The translations under genes were made by a program, and so were the position numbers. DNA of 64,000 nucleotides from Chrysomallon squamiferum. Its lineage: Eukaryota > Animalia > Mollusca. Positions 50,074 to 64,000 of the stretch are shown here, piece by piece; positions within the stretch are counted from its first letter, which is position 1; each line of letters opens with the position of its first letter. Location of the stretch: assembly GCA_012295275.1 (NCBI GenBank), contig CM022678.1, positions 11,284,001 to 11,348,000 of the forward strand. Reading direction: 5' to 3'. The notes under the pieces are model-generated. The model was not told the origin of the DNA, did not search any database, and saw only the letters and a list, made by a program, of their open reading frames with translations.

Positions 50074-51804
50074 TAGTTGCTTATAAGTAAATAAATAAAT
50101 AAATCTGCTTATTATATTTTATTTAGATATATTTATTTTTTAGTTATTTAGTAAATAAATAAATATATTTTTTTAGATAAATTTTTAGTTGCTTATAAGT
50201 AAATAAATAAATCTGCTTGTTATATTTTATTTAGATATATTATTTTTTTGGTTGCTTAAATAAATAAATAAATAAATTTGTTTTTGAAAGAAAGGAATTT
50301 GGAATTATTAAATAGAAATATGTATCAAGAAATATATATATTTTTAAATTGTTTTTATTATATTTTGTGGATTTTTTTGTAAATAACTATTAAAAAAAAC
50401 CTCCCAGAAAACAGCAACAGTAAATAAATAAATAAATAAATATAAAAAGACAATTGATTTAGAAATAATTCTAAAATATATCTGGAAGAAAAGTGTTCAA
50501 AAAATAAAATGTAAAATTGAAAGCAATTTTTAAATGTTTTAAAATGTTTTAAACATGAAAATAAAAATGAATCACTGTTTTTTTTTTCTGTCCTATAATA
50601 ATAATAAGAAGAAGAAGAAGAAGAAGAAAATAATAAAAACAGTAAAATAACAACAAAACCTAACTAACCAGTTAAACAGACTAAATAAATCTGATAAATT
50701 TAATCTTTTCTAGTTACAAATTTTTCAGTTTATCTTCAGTAAACTAATACTTAGGTAACAGATAAATAACTGTTAGAATTAAACTGATTGATGTAACACC
50801 CTTTGTTTGAACCTATTGTTATTATCATTGTTCTTCTTATTGTCACTATTATTAATATTAATATTATTAATTGCTCTTCTTCTTTTTATTATTATTATTG
50901 TCCCTATTATTTTCTTATTATTACTATTATTTATTAGTAGTAGTAGTAGTATTACAGTTATTATTATTATTCTTCTTCTTCTTCTTCATATTATTATTAT
51001 TATTATTATTATTATTTTATTATTATATCATCATTATCATCAGCAGCAGCATTTCATCATCATTATTATCAACATCATCATCAGCATTATCAGTCATCTT
51101 TCTTCATTCTCATTATTACCATCAATTAATGAATTATTCATTTATTCAACATTTCCTTAAAATAAGAAAATAATAATAAAATAAAAATATTATTCCACCT
51201 AAAACAGATCACATCACTTCACCCAATCCTCCTCCTACTTTCCACCATGTTTAGTTGTTACTCAACAACCAGTGCAAACAGATAACACTGACAGCAAACA
51301 ACAGACAGACAGACAGACAACACAGCCCTGTGTTTTTGATAAGCACATCAACTGTCGTAACAGCCTTGCTGTGAAGGAGCTGGACCAGTGCTGTTTTTCT
51401 GCACTAGCTCTAAGAGATGACCTCTGACCCTTTCCATGCAAACTGTATCAGTTATGTAACTTCTCTTCTGAAGAGTTACTCTTTCCAGTTACCTGACCTG
51501 ACATGTTATCAAAATCTACACTGAAGGAATTTTTGATAATTTTTTTTTTTTTTTTTTTTTGCATAATATTAGAAAGTTTAGAATAAATATAAGTCTATTC
51601 ATTGCTGCTGGTGTTGTTACTGTTATTATTATTAAGTAGTAGTAGTAGTAGTAGTAATGTGTTACTGGAGGTTGTAGTAGTTGTAATAGTAGCTGTTAAA
51701 AGAGTACTTAGTAGTAACAGTAATAGTGACAATAGGATTAATTTAATAATAATAATAGTAATAATAATTATTATTGGTAGTATTATTATGATTATTATTA
51801 GTAA

Positions 51805-51859
<55 letters not shown>

Positions 51860-52600
51860 GCAATACTAAGAGTGATGATATTTTTTAAAGAAGTAACATT
51901 TTTGATTTTGTCCAAATTTTTGTTTATTTTCATTTATTTTGTTAGTTGTTATTTTGTTTTATAGTTTTGAGTTTTATATTTAATGTTTTTATTATATTTA
52001 ATTTTTATTTATAAAAAAAATAAAAAGTTAAATTATTATTTATTTATTATCATTTTTCTATTCTTTCTTTCTTAATATATTTTTTTATCATTTTCTTATA
52101 GGGTTTCATTTTTACATTTTTTTTTTTGTACCTTTTATTTTATTCTGACTTTCTTTCTTTATTTATTTATTATTTTTTTTTTATTTTCTTATAATTTTCC
52201 ATAGTGTTTTATTTTTACATTTTTTTTTTTTTTTTTTTTTTTTTTACGTTTAATTCAAAATCGCCCGACGACACAAACCTCTTGACACCCCCTTTGTCTG
52301 TTTTTTTCTCACTTCATTTTTATTTTTACATTAAAAAAAAAATAAAAGTTGACCAGGGGCTATGGGTCGCGTCATTATTTGTGGAGAAACACGCGCCTAA
52401 CGGCATGCAGAACACAAATTAAGATATTTCTTTTTTTTCAAATCAATTCCTGCATCAAAACAACCCGGGAATTATTTTAGCAGGCAGCCTGGTAATACCA
52501 TTGTCAGTTTGAGTTAATTACGGCTTGGTGTCAACGTAATTAGATTAGGCTGTAATAACGTTGAGGTCGCTGTGACCTCAAGTGAAATGTCAGACGTCAG

Positions 52601-52637
<37 letters not shown>

Positions 52638-53499
52638 AGAACAATTAATTTAAGGGGGGAAAATGAAGAAAAAAAATTAAAGATAAGAAAATATAGAAAA
52701 GGAAAGAAATATAATAATAATTTAAAAAAAAGAAAAGAAAAATGTTAAATTAATTTGAAGTGACTTTTTATTTGGAGTCTTCTGCCCATTATAGGGTTGC
52801 TCTTTTCAGTAAGCACAAAGTTTCTATAATACAAACCTCCCCATAGGCTGCAAAGCACTTGACAGGAGCACTGTCTAGAATGGAACACTCAGTACTAAAA
52901 AGAAGTCAAAATCTTCTCCATTCTTAACTCAGTCGTGTTTGTAGTAAATTGTAATAGTTTAAAATGAACTTACGTCTGTTAAATACAGAACAAAGTAAAA
53001 GAATGTATCTACTTTAAACGATAAACGGGCAATTCCCCACACCACACGTGCACACGCACGCACACACACGCACACACAAAATTGTTGCAAATTTTTTAAA
53101 TTTTTTTTTTAACTACCACTGGTCAGTGTGTTGTTTCCTAAAAAGACCACTGGTCATTTTTTTCTTTTCTTTTTCTTTTTTTAAGACCATATATATATAT
53201 TTTAAAAAAGACAACTGGATGTTTTTGTGTTTTTAAAAACACTTTGTGGTCACTGTTATTTTTATGATTTTTTTTTTTTTTTTTTTTTTTTAAAGAAAAA
53301 AAAAAGCCTCTGGTCATTCTGTATTTTTAAACAGGCCACTGGTCAGTGGGCTGGCTGTCTGCTTGATGTGTTTTTAATCACCGACTCGGCTGTTTTGACG
53401 AAAACAGATTTCTTCCTGGCTAATTGTCGCAAAGTGACAATGTCTAAGTGCTGGTGTCCTCGGGTCACGTTCCTTCTGTCTGCGGTTCAAGGGGGACAG

Positions 53500-53589
<90 letters not shown>

Positions 53590-54196
53590 TATAAACACTC
53601 ACACACACTCATATACACACACTATATATATTTACATATTTATATTTTATTTCTGTGTTTTTTTTTCATTTTATATATATATTTTTTTTGTCTGGTTCTT
53701 TGTCCCTGTCATATTCAGCATTTTCTTTTTATAGGACAAATGTTAAGGTAGGATCATATTTGTTTTTTTTCTTTCTGTCTGGATCATATTTGTTTTTTCT
53801 TTCTATCTGGATCATACTTATTTTTCTTTCGAAATTTTCAGGAAACTGTTTTCTAGTTTGAAATTCTTTAAGTTCCTTCACTAATCTTTCTGTCTATCTT
53901 TTCATTTTTTTTTAAATTCCATTCACTTTTTTCATACTCTTTACTTTCTTTCTTATCCATCCTCTCAATTTTTCTTTCACTCTTTCATTCCATTCATTTA
54001 ATCAGAATCTCTTTTTCTTTTTCTTTCATATTCATCCTTTCTTCTTTCATACTCATTTTTTTTTCTTTCATTTTCATCCTTTTATTTTTTTTCATTCTTT
54101 ATTCCTTCTTCTTTAGTATTGTTGTTTTTGTGTTTTGTTTTTCCTGTACTACGTTTTATAAATAAAGACTATTTCAGACTGTGTTTGCCTAAAGAC

Positions 54197-54533
54197 ACAC
54201 AACTGTTTTGTATATGTCATGTATCTGTACTATGTGACTAACTGGAATCTGACAGTAAACTTAACACAACTGTTTTGTATATGTCATGTATCTGTACTAT
54301 GTGACTAACTGGAATCTGACAGTAAACTGAACACAACTGTTTTGTATATGTCATGTATCTGTACAATGTGACTAACTGGAATCTGATAGTAAACTTAACA
54401 CAACTGTTTTGTATATGTCATGTATCTGTACAATGTGACTAACTGGAATCTGACAGTAAACTGAACACAACTGTTTTGTATATGTCATGTATCTGTACAA
54501 TGTGACTAACTGGAATCTGACAGTAAACTTAAC
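54197..54533. repeat. 67-bp tandem repeat, 5 near-identical units
   Basis: AACTGTTTTGTATATGTCATGTATCTG starts at 54201, 54268, 54335, 54402 and 54469. Confidence 0.95.
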
Positions 54534-55406
54534 AGAACTGGAAATCTCTGAAAAGAAGTTAAGGTATGTAAATAAGTTTTATAAATTCCACAGAAATTTT
54601 TTTTTTTCTAATGTTTATTTATTTATTTTATTTATAATTATATTATTTATAATTTATTTTATTATTTCATTTTATTTTGTTTGTTTGTTTATTTGTTTGT
54701 TTATTTATTTGTTTTGTTTTTATAATTTATTTTATAATTTATTTATTTATTTCATTATATGTTTATTTGTTTGTTAATTAATTAATTTATTTATATATTT
54801 GTTTTTTCTTTCTGTCTGAATCATATATATTTGTTTTTTGAAATTTTCAGAACACTTTAAAATATTTATTTTATTTTATTATCATGATTATTATTTTTTT
54901 TTTTTTTTTTCATTGTTTCATTATATATTTATTTATTTTATGTTATTTTATCTATTTGTAATGATAAAAATAAAATATATCTTTTACTGGAATAATAAAA
55001 TACCATTTTTTGGCAATTGTTTTTTCAAATACAGTTATAATTACCTGGGTTTTTTTTTTTTAAAAAGAATGACTAAGGTGAAAAGGAATCACTTTGTTGA
55101 ATTTTGTCTGGATAATAGTCTAACAGAAATGCTCTTAAAGAGTTTTTAATACGAAAAAGAAACGAGATTTCCAGTTCCAAAACTTAAAACAACTTCTTGA
55201 GAACTCTATTCTTAAAAACAATGATAACAAAATTTAATTAAAATTATAATTATAGTTTTAAAAAGTCAATATAGATGATTCTTATAAAAGTAATATTAAA
55301 AAGAAATTTATCAAAACTTATTTGTTTGCTCTAAAAATCAAAAACAAAGCTGTATTATTGTATAAGCAACTGGCATGAAAAGGCTTAACCAACAGAAGAT
55401 TATCTG

Positions 55407-55525
<119 letters not shown>

Positions 55526-56119
55526 TTATTTAACCCTTTTCAAACACACACTTTAAAATGTAGAAAAAACAAACATGCATATTTCTTTCATTCTTCCTTA
55601 TTCGTGTTTATCAAGGTGGTTGTAATAGACAGGTTCTGCAATGTTTTCTGCTTTGTTCACGGTTGATTAGAACTGTCAGGAAGTGTTTCGTAATGTTCAA
55701 CAGAAAACAGAGAAAGATTTTTAACTGAATGCAGTACATGGCCCATTTTATCTTAAGCTGCAACATTTTTTTTTTCTTTTTTTTTTCACCACAGAATTCC
55801 AAACTAATTGATATAAATAATATTTTGTGTAAAACTGTTATAGTTAATGTAAAAATGTTCGTATTAACAATTTTATTTATGTAAATATTTTACATACCAA
55901 AAGTAGTTGATATAAACAATATTTTATGTGAAAGTATTTCTATTAACAAGTTTGTTTATCTGAATATTTTATATTAATAATATAAACAATATTTTTGTGT
56001 ATTTTTTAATGTTTGTGTTAACAAGTTTGTTTTTGTGAATATCTTACATACCAAACTAATTGATACATAAACCATATTTTATTTAAAGTGTTTGTGTTAA
56101 CAAGTTTCGTTTGTGTACA

Positions 56120-56700
56120 GGGCTTGTTCAACAAAGTAAACACTTCATTATTTCATTATTCACAACAACATGCAAGGCCAGCGAAAATTTCACTTTTTAT
56201 TTCTCAGCAAACGTCATAAACATTTGAACGAAACGCGTAACAGTCGATAATTCTTCGTCTTGTTTCGTCTCTCTTTCAACCATTCTCTTCCAGTTTTTGT
56301 TATTTTCCGCTTCGATTGGTTTCACGACTCAAACATTGTGCGTTTTCTCCAACACGTTTTCTTACGTCTTTTGTTCGTTCGCCTGTTGCGACATTTCTTT
56401 CAGTTATTGTTTTCTCGTCTCGTGGCATCTGCAGCCGAACCGCCAGTTTTGCGCGCGAATTCCTCGCCCGGTTTATGCCCGGCATGCAGTTGGCTGAGCG
56501 AGAGCGAAAAGAAATTGACGTCTTGCGTAGCAGTAACAGCGGAAGATTATGCTCGGATAATGATCCTAATTCATTTGAAATTCAGATGTAAAAATCTGCA
56601 CACGACTGCCGATAAAACGGAGTATAATTGACAAGTGTCTGGCAGCCATTTGCATTTTTGCTATTTCTCGCTAAATGCTGGGAATAATTTTAAACGTTTT
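56120..56700. promoter_or_regulatory. CpG-rich promoter/5'UTR-like island
   Basis: Dense CpG in an otherwise CpG-poor region; TTTTGCGCGCGAA (E2F-like), TGACGTC and CGGAAG (ETS-like) motifs; no convincing protein. Confidence 0.4.
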
Positions 56701-57354
56701 TTTTTTTTTTTTTTTTCGATCGGCTGGGTTATCTCTATTCCGTTTTTTTTTTTTTTTTTTATATATATACACACACACACACATACATATATACATACAT
56801 ACGTAAAATTTTTTAATAAAATTATATTGTTTTTGATTCAATAATGAAGAAAATATTTTTTTAAAATATATTTTAATATTAATGTAATGAAATTTTGTTA
56901 TTAATTATTAAGAATTAATTTATTTGTCAGATTATGAGTTTAGTATTCATTTAGGTTTTTCAATAAGAAGTAGTACAACGTTTATCTGAATTCTGCTGGG
57001 TTTATGCACTGTAACATTTTTACATTATCATATTTCCCAATCTAGAACTGACTCCAGTGTTTGATGGCTGCAGTATGTGCATGTGTGATTATAGAGAATT
57101 GCGTTTGAAAGATTATTTACTTTGTCTGTGTCCCCTCTGTCTCTCGTTTCTCCCTTTCACTTTGTCTCTTGCATTTTCTGTCTTTCTTACTCTGTCTGTC
57201 TGACAGTCTGTCTCTCTGTTTTCTGTTTTTCTCTTCACAACACTCTCAGAAGATACCAAAACTTCACAGTTATAAGAACCTAATCTAAGCAGTTTGCTTT
57301 CATCTTGTTTTGACCATTTATTCTGTCATTCGTTGAGATTGTTTTTAGTTTGTT

Positions 57355-57439
<85 letters not shown>

Positions 57440-57569
57440 CTCTTCACAATGGATTCCAGAAGAAGATAACAAAACATCAACCTCACAGTCATAACAACTT
57501 AATCTAGGGAATTTAATCTTCATCTTTATTCACAAACAAATTTTTTTTATTATTATTATTAATATTTTT

Positions 57570-58050
57570 GCACTGGAGAAATCTTGGATCATCTCTGCCA
57601 ATGTGTCTTTACCCTCCCTCCCTCCTCCCTCTCCCCCCCACACAGACTCGGTCGCCACGACAACGGTCACTCACTGGAAAAACACAGCCCCTGCATGTTC
57701 CAAATTGTTTTTCAATCGTCATGAAGTGGACGTCGCAGGACCTCGAGAATTGATTAAAACAATAAATTTCCTCCGCATTGTCATCGCGGATGACGTTGAT
57801 GTAGAAAAATGGTGCTGCACCGTCTTGTGGCGCCGACGTTGTTTTGCTTATGTGTAAACGTGTCACATAGCTCATCAGAGAGTTACAGGTCGCGCTAATT
57901 GCGTTTGAGGCCGCTGATTGGTTAATTAATATGGGGCTGTTCTGATTTAGAGCTTGTTGATTGGTCAGTTCGGGTGTGAGATACGTTTGAAAGCGAGCCC
58001 TAATTTCTTAATATTGTCACAAATCAGTGACACGGTGGCACTTTCTGCAG
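57570..58050. promoter_or_regulatory. CpG-rich island with two TGATTGG (CCAAT) boxes
   Basis: TGATTGG at ~57915 and ~57958; many CpGs. Confidence 0.35.
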
Positions 58051-59759
58051 TAAATTATTTCTTTTATTTGTTTTTAAATACATTTTAGCTTTCAGTTGTG
58101 ATGCTTGGTAATGAAAAAAATAATAATAAATAATAATAATAATAAAAAAAAAAAGTGAGATATGGAAGAAAAATATGTTTGTTAAATCAAAAAAATACCA
58201 CAAAAACAACAAAAGCAAAGATTATGAATGGACTAATAATAAAGAAACAAACAAATAAATAAATAAAATAAACAAACAAACAAACAAATTGATCAAATAA
58301 ATAAACAAATACATAAATAAATAAACAAACAAATAAACAAATACATAAACAAACAAACAAATAAACAAATAAATAAACAAATAAATAAATTGCAAAATAA
58401 ATAAATCATAAATAAGTAAATAAACTTCAGTAAATAATTGCATAAAGAAGCTGAGAAAAATCAAAAAATATTTTAAATTATTAAATAAATTGTGAGCAAA
58501 ACTATAAAATTTATAGAATGAATTACAATAATAAAATTTAATATTTCATCTGAAGTTCTTGTACTTTTTATGTTCATCTTTCTTTTTAATACATATATAT
58601 ATATATTTTTTTTTTATTTAACGTTAGTAATTAATTAATTAACTTTATTAATTTAATAATGAATTTATTTATTTACTTATTTAATTCATTTGGAGTTTTT
58701 GGTTTTTCATATATATTTTTTAAACTATTTATTCCTTCATTTATTCATTTACTTTTATATTTTTATTTGTGTAGCTGTTTTATTACATTATTTCACTATT
58801 AAGTTATGCTATTTATTCATTTTATTAAGCTGAATTTATTTTAACCTTTTGTATTATTGAAGTCACTAAGAACATTTCTGTATTTTAAAATAAAACTTTT
58901 ATTTGTCATTTTTTAATTTGTTTTTTTTTTTCATTGCAGTAGGAAATTTTCTACCCGTTATATCTTCTTTGATTTGTATATAATTTTAATAAATGAATAG
59001 ATTATTTGTAACATAATAGTAATTTTAAAAAACTTTAATTGATATACTACTTTCATAACAGCAGTCTTTTATAATCAAGTATATAATTTATTTATTTATA
59101 TCTCAAAACTACTAAAAAGAAAATAATAAATTGTTTTATTTAATTACTTATGATCCATTTAAGTAATTACTTCTCATTGATTTAATTAATTACTTACGGT
59201 CCATTTAATTCAGTACTTATTTTAATAATTTATTTAATTACTTATCTGTATTTTTGCTGAACAAATTACTGTTTACTCGTGTAAGGTAATAAATACTATT
59301 TTCCAAACAGCAGCTGTGAGTTTCAAACGGAAGTGAATTGATTTCAAAACTACAAAACAGATCAACCAGTTTATTTATTTAGTTGTCTTCATCTTAAACA
59401 AATAAAATAGAAAATAATTTTATGGTAGATGCTGTTATCAAAACAACAGTTTTGTTTTCTTCTTTTTATTTTCTGCAGATAATAAATTTATATTTCAAAA
59501 TGCAAAATTTGTAACCTAATTATTTTGTATGAATAACCTCCATTTTAAATTTAAAAAATATAAAATGATTCTATGATAGATGCTACTTTCAAAAGACCAA
59601 TTTTTTAAATTATTATTATTATTATTAATTTTATTATTTTTTATTTATTTTTTGCAGATAAAAACGGAATTTATATTACAAAATATAAAATTCATAACCC
59701 ATTTTATTCACTTGACTAATCTCTTTTTATGAAAATAAATAAAATATGTTCTAATAACA

Positions 59760-60640
59760 ATTACAAAAACACGCCAGTGCTGCTTTCTAAACAACAAGTG
59801 TTTAAAGGGCAATGAATGCGTTTTGCTGTGATGGCGAAGTATTTGCTGATCACTTACATTAATTTGCTAGATTTCTGCCAGACCATTAACAGCGTGTTTT
59901 CCACGTATGTGTTCACTGTATTGACAGTCTCTCCACGCCACAAACAGCAATTAATCTAATTGTTCCTCTTTTCTCGCACCTTTGCATTATTGAGTGTGTG
60001 TATTGGAAAAAGGATTAGTCTTTGTTTTCACACACGCGTCGTAAAACAAAACAAAAACACACACACACACGCACACACGCACACACTATCTCGAGTGCTG
60101 CAAATTCGTAAATGGAAAGGGACTCCTGGGGGAAAGGGGAGGGAATCAAAAAGAACGCGACTCTCTCTCTGTCTGTGCGCGCGCGCGCGCGCGAGAGGTG
60201 AATGAGTTAGTCTGGATGATCGCTTATATCCGAGATAAAAGTCGAGGCGAAAATTAATTTTTGCAAATTCGTGGGAAGCATATTGTATTCGACCTTTCGG
60301 ATCCCGGGAGAAAGGCAGGTTCAAAAGTACACTCGACTCGGCAAAACGCAGCCAAACCAATACTGTTTTTACTCTTTCCGTATCGATTTTCTTCTTTTTT
60401 TCTTCTTTTCTACGATGACCGCTACTCAACTGCAATACGAATGATGGGTTCTTTGGACGCATGTTTGCAGTGACCAGTGATGAGCATGGCAAGATTGATG
60501 AGCAACAATGACCAGTGGTCAAGGATGTTAGAAATTTTTTTTTTTTTTTTTTTCGTTTTTCGCTGTAGGCAACAGTTTGCGGGAGTAATAAAATCTATAT
60601 TTATTAGCGCTTTGCGAAAATCCATTTTGCAGTCCAGTGA
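59760..60640. promoter_or_regulatory. CpG-rich promoter/5'UTR-like island with a (GC)n run
   Basis: Alternating GC tract at ~60176-60193, CpG-dense flanks, TGACCAGTGGTCA at 60509-60521. Confidence 0.35.
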
Positions 60641-61055
60641 AATCTAATTTGTTATAGAATTGCTTCGAATAGATTATTTTTTTTTTTTTTTTTTTTTTTT
60701 TCCTTATTTTGTTAGTGTTTAGTGCAGTGGTCTTTTCTACTTTGGTGCCGATTTTTTTATTTTATTTTATTTTATTTTATTTTTTTTATATTTTTAGTTT
60801 TTAACCAGACTTTTGTCTTGCTTCATAATTGTCTTGTTTTGTCTCTTACTTTTGTTTCTATTTATTTTTTAACATTTTTGTTATTTTTGACTTATTTCTG
60901 TTTTTGTATTTTTTATGTGTTTTTATCATTTTTCTGTTGTTAATTTTTGGTTTTATTTCATTTTTTCTTTCTTTAGTCTTCATTTTTTTCTCTGTTTTAG
61001 TTCTTCTTTCTTTAAATATTTTCATATTCTCTATTTTATTTTTATTTTCCTTCTT

Positions 61056-61088
<33 letters not shown>

Positions 61089-61404
61089 GCTATATTCACT
61101 TCAGCACAATTACATCCATCTCACTTGAAAATCGTTTATTTGATTTACTTACATATAACTGAATGTACCTGGCAAATAAATAGATACGTGAAAAATAAAA
61201 AAAATTGTTTAAAAAAATTAATTAGTTTCTGAAATCTATTCAAAATTTAAATTTAGCTTCATTTACAATTTTTTTTTTTTTTTTTTTTTTTTCACAAAAA
61301 ATCTTTTTACTTGCAGGATAAAATTAATCTGTTTTGTTTTCTCGAGTTTGTTTCACTCTTATTTTCTGTCTGTCTCTTTATCTTTCACTCACTCATTATT
61401 TCAG

Positions 61405-61475
<71 letters not shown>

Positions 61476-61734
61476 TTTTTGTTTTTCCCATTCTACTTCA
61501 GATTAATTGAAAAGATGTAAAAGAAAGTCTCCGTGGACTTGAAAGGTTAACTTAATTTTTATCTTTCGTAAAGAAATCTCTGACCACAGCCAAGAAAAAT
61601 GTGAAATCTAATAATGACGTTTTTATCTGAAACCAGCTCGTCTAACCCGAAGTGAGACACTTTTCACAGTTGAAACAACAGCAGTTGTAATAGACAAACT
61701 GATCACAAACACTGGTTTTTTATCATCACTGTTT

Positions 61735-62190
61735 GTCTTTCTTTCTATCTCTTTATTTCTTTCTTCTCTTTTTCCTTCTATCAGTCTGTCTATCTCTTTA
61801 TCTCTTTCTTCTCTTTTCCTTCTATCACTGTCTTTCTATCTCTTTATTTCTTTCTTCTCTTTTTCCTTCTATCTCTGTCTTTCTATCTCTTTATTTCTTT
61901 CTTCTCTTTTCCTTCTATCACTGTCTTTCTATCTCTTTATTTCTTTCTTCTCTTTTTCCTTCTTCTGTCACTTTTTCTCCTCTGTGTCCATTTATTTCTT
62001 CTCTCTTTTGCTTTCTTCTTTCCATTTCTTTATTCCTTTTCTTTCTTCTCACGTCATTTCTCTCTTCTCTCTTTCTCTTTTCTTCTCTATATCACTATCT
62101 TTTTCTCCCTTTTTCTCTTTTCTTTTCTCTATCCTTTTATTTCTTCTCTCTTTTTCTTTATCTGTTTCTTTCTCTCTGTCTCTCTCTTTC
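61735..62190. repeat. Polypyrimidine tract beginning with ~5 copies of a ~47-bp unit (TCTTTCTATCTCTTTATTTCTTTCTTCTCTTTTTCCTTCTATCACTG)
   Basis: Visible periodicity at 61737-61965, then degenerate CT-rich sequence. Confidence 0.8.
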
Positions 62191-63573
62191 ATTGTCTTCA
62201 TTAGAAAAAAATTAAAATGTTTCTGTAGAACTAATGAAACTTGATTGATTTAATGCTGCTTTTAAACTCTTGTGAGAAATAGGTTTGAGTGAACAGTGAG
62301 TGTCAGAGATACAAACTTAGATCTACCAGCAGACTGATGACAAAAGCTACATGGAATTGTTCTAGGGCTCCAACTAAATGCATGAAATTTAAAAAAAAGA
62401 AGAAAAAAAAGGTTAAATTTAATATGAATATATTCATAAATGCATTTTTAAATACATATATTCATGACTACGTATGTACATACATACAACCATACATACA
62501 TACAAACATACAGTCAGACAGACAGACAAATATATGAGGCACTCTATCAAAATATATTGTGCATTAAAAACTGATAAATGAATTATTCAAAATAATCAGA
62601 TACAGTTTATTATAAGGTTTTAAAAAAAAAGCCTAAAATATATATTTTTTTTTTAAAAAAAGAAAAAAAAAAAAAAAAAAAAGAAAAAAGAAAAGAAAAG
62701 AAAAGAAACAAAAAGAAAAAAGAAAAATGTTTGTTGATATCTTGAGAACTCACTGAGCTGTGACCTTTCATTGTAGCCAGAAGCAGACTTTCTCACAACT
62801 GTTAATTAAGAAATAAAAATGGCTGTGAGTTTTCTGTAGGACAGTACAATTAGTGGTAACAACTTAGAACAACTGCAGGTTTGCTTAAAGTCCTGCAAGC
62901 ATTTGTGACGTTCAACCACAAACTGAGCTAATCCTCGGAGTCAGTCCACTCCAGAAAGGTGTTGCAGGCGCTAATAAGGGGCTGAAAAAAGAGGTCATGT
63001 GACTGAAGGTAATCACAGGTGTGAAGAGGTTTTGTTTCCTGCACTCTTACAGTGACACAGAAACTTACAGTGAGTGATATAAATAGAAAGAGGGAAACCC
63101 AAGTTTGAAAGTGGTACCTGGGGATTACCTCATGTAACATCCGCGAAAACAGTGAGTAAAACGGTGAGTAAAAGTGTGAGTACATAGTGCACCGATTTCC
63201 GATTTGATTTGCAATAAATCACAGCCTTTTGTAGATCTCTATTTACAAGTTTCTTGTTTTTAATACATAAATACATTTTAAAATAATAGTGATGATTTAG
63301 TCAATGAAATATGTGTACTTAGGAATATAAAAAAAAAAAAAAATGAGTAAAAAATTAATTTTGATAATTTCAGTGTTTGGACTTTTTTTTTGAGTTTGTC
63401 CAGAAATGAAAATGTTTGAATGTCTGACACATTGTTTTTCACTGAGATATTTTAAAACTGACTGGAGGTGATGAAATTTATCAAATTATGAAACGGTTTC
63501 TTTTCTGTGAGGTAAAATAGACTAGCGAAGATCGGTTTTAATAAATCACAGTTTTCTGTTTTAATCAATATCA

Positions 63574-63607
<34 letters not shown>

Positions 63608-64000
63608 CGTTACAGATATATATGATGGTTTGAGAAAACCCTTTCACATGGTCAAAAAAAAAAAAAAAAAAAAGATATATATATATATATTTGGTTCTTG
63701 ATATTGAAGGCTACAGGTAATCACCAATTAAAATCACTTTTAATTATTTAAATGTTAAAGATATGAAATTTATTAAAAAAAAAAGAAAAAAAAGAAATCT
63801 ATGAAAAAGACTTAAAATGAGAAAATCACATTTAAAATTTTATTATGTTAAAAACCATTTACTGATCATTTTAACCACGTTGAATTTGTGAAACTAAAAC
63901 AATAAAGTGTTTGTTTATAACAACAGGTGAAATAATATGACCAAACCCTTCCATGATGTCTTCAAAAATTTGAAAAACGAACCAACACAATTTTATTAAC

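Noticed and set aside
54197-54533. 67-bp array as an RNA-gene or CRISPR array
   Set aside because: Contiguous near-identical units, no spacers, no tRNA or snRNA hallmarks seen
56260-56631. Overlapping 61-123 aa ORFs in the CpG island (similarly 57568-57875 and 59960-60625)
   Set aside because: Expected from locally higher GC; no recognisable domain or consistent exon structure

Overview
Eukaryotic (animal) genomic DNA, very AT-rich and full of microsatellites. Decayed SINE-like fragments suggest a mollusc, probably a gastropod; this is inference only. Almost all ORFs in the supplied track are artefacts of simple repeats. The real genes are spliced and are missed or mis-framed by the track. 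The first ~26.5 kb holds a compact cluster of five small secreted-protein genes from two families. (1) Three paralogues of a signal-peptide, Gly/Gln/Asn-rich low-complexity protein with one Cys inside a central Dx[DN]xDG-like motif: GQ-A (+, 5'-truncated by the window), GQ-B (-, intact, 111 aa) and GQ-C (-, frameshifted). (2) Two Kazal-fold mini-protein genes ending in Gly-Lys-Arg: a two-domain 107-aa gene (-) and a one-domain 63-aa gene (+). A convergent GQ+Kazal pair was duplicated as a large inverted repeat around a ~4.5 kb spacer. The spacer holds a 37-bp satellite and a CRE-containing island. GQ-B and GQ-C are a further ~7.4 kb direct duplication. The remaining ~37 kb has no confidently callable gene. 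It is AT-rich and repeat-rich, with short higher-GC islands enriched for a TGACCASTGGTCA motif and CpG-rich promoter-like patches at 56-60.6 kb.
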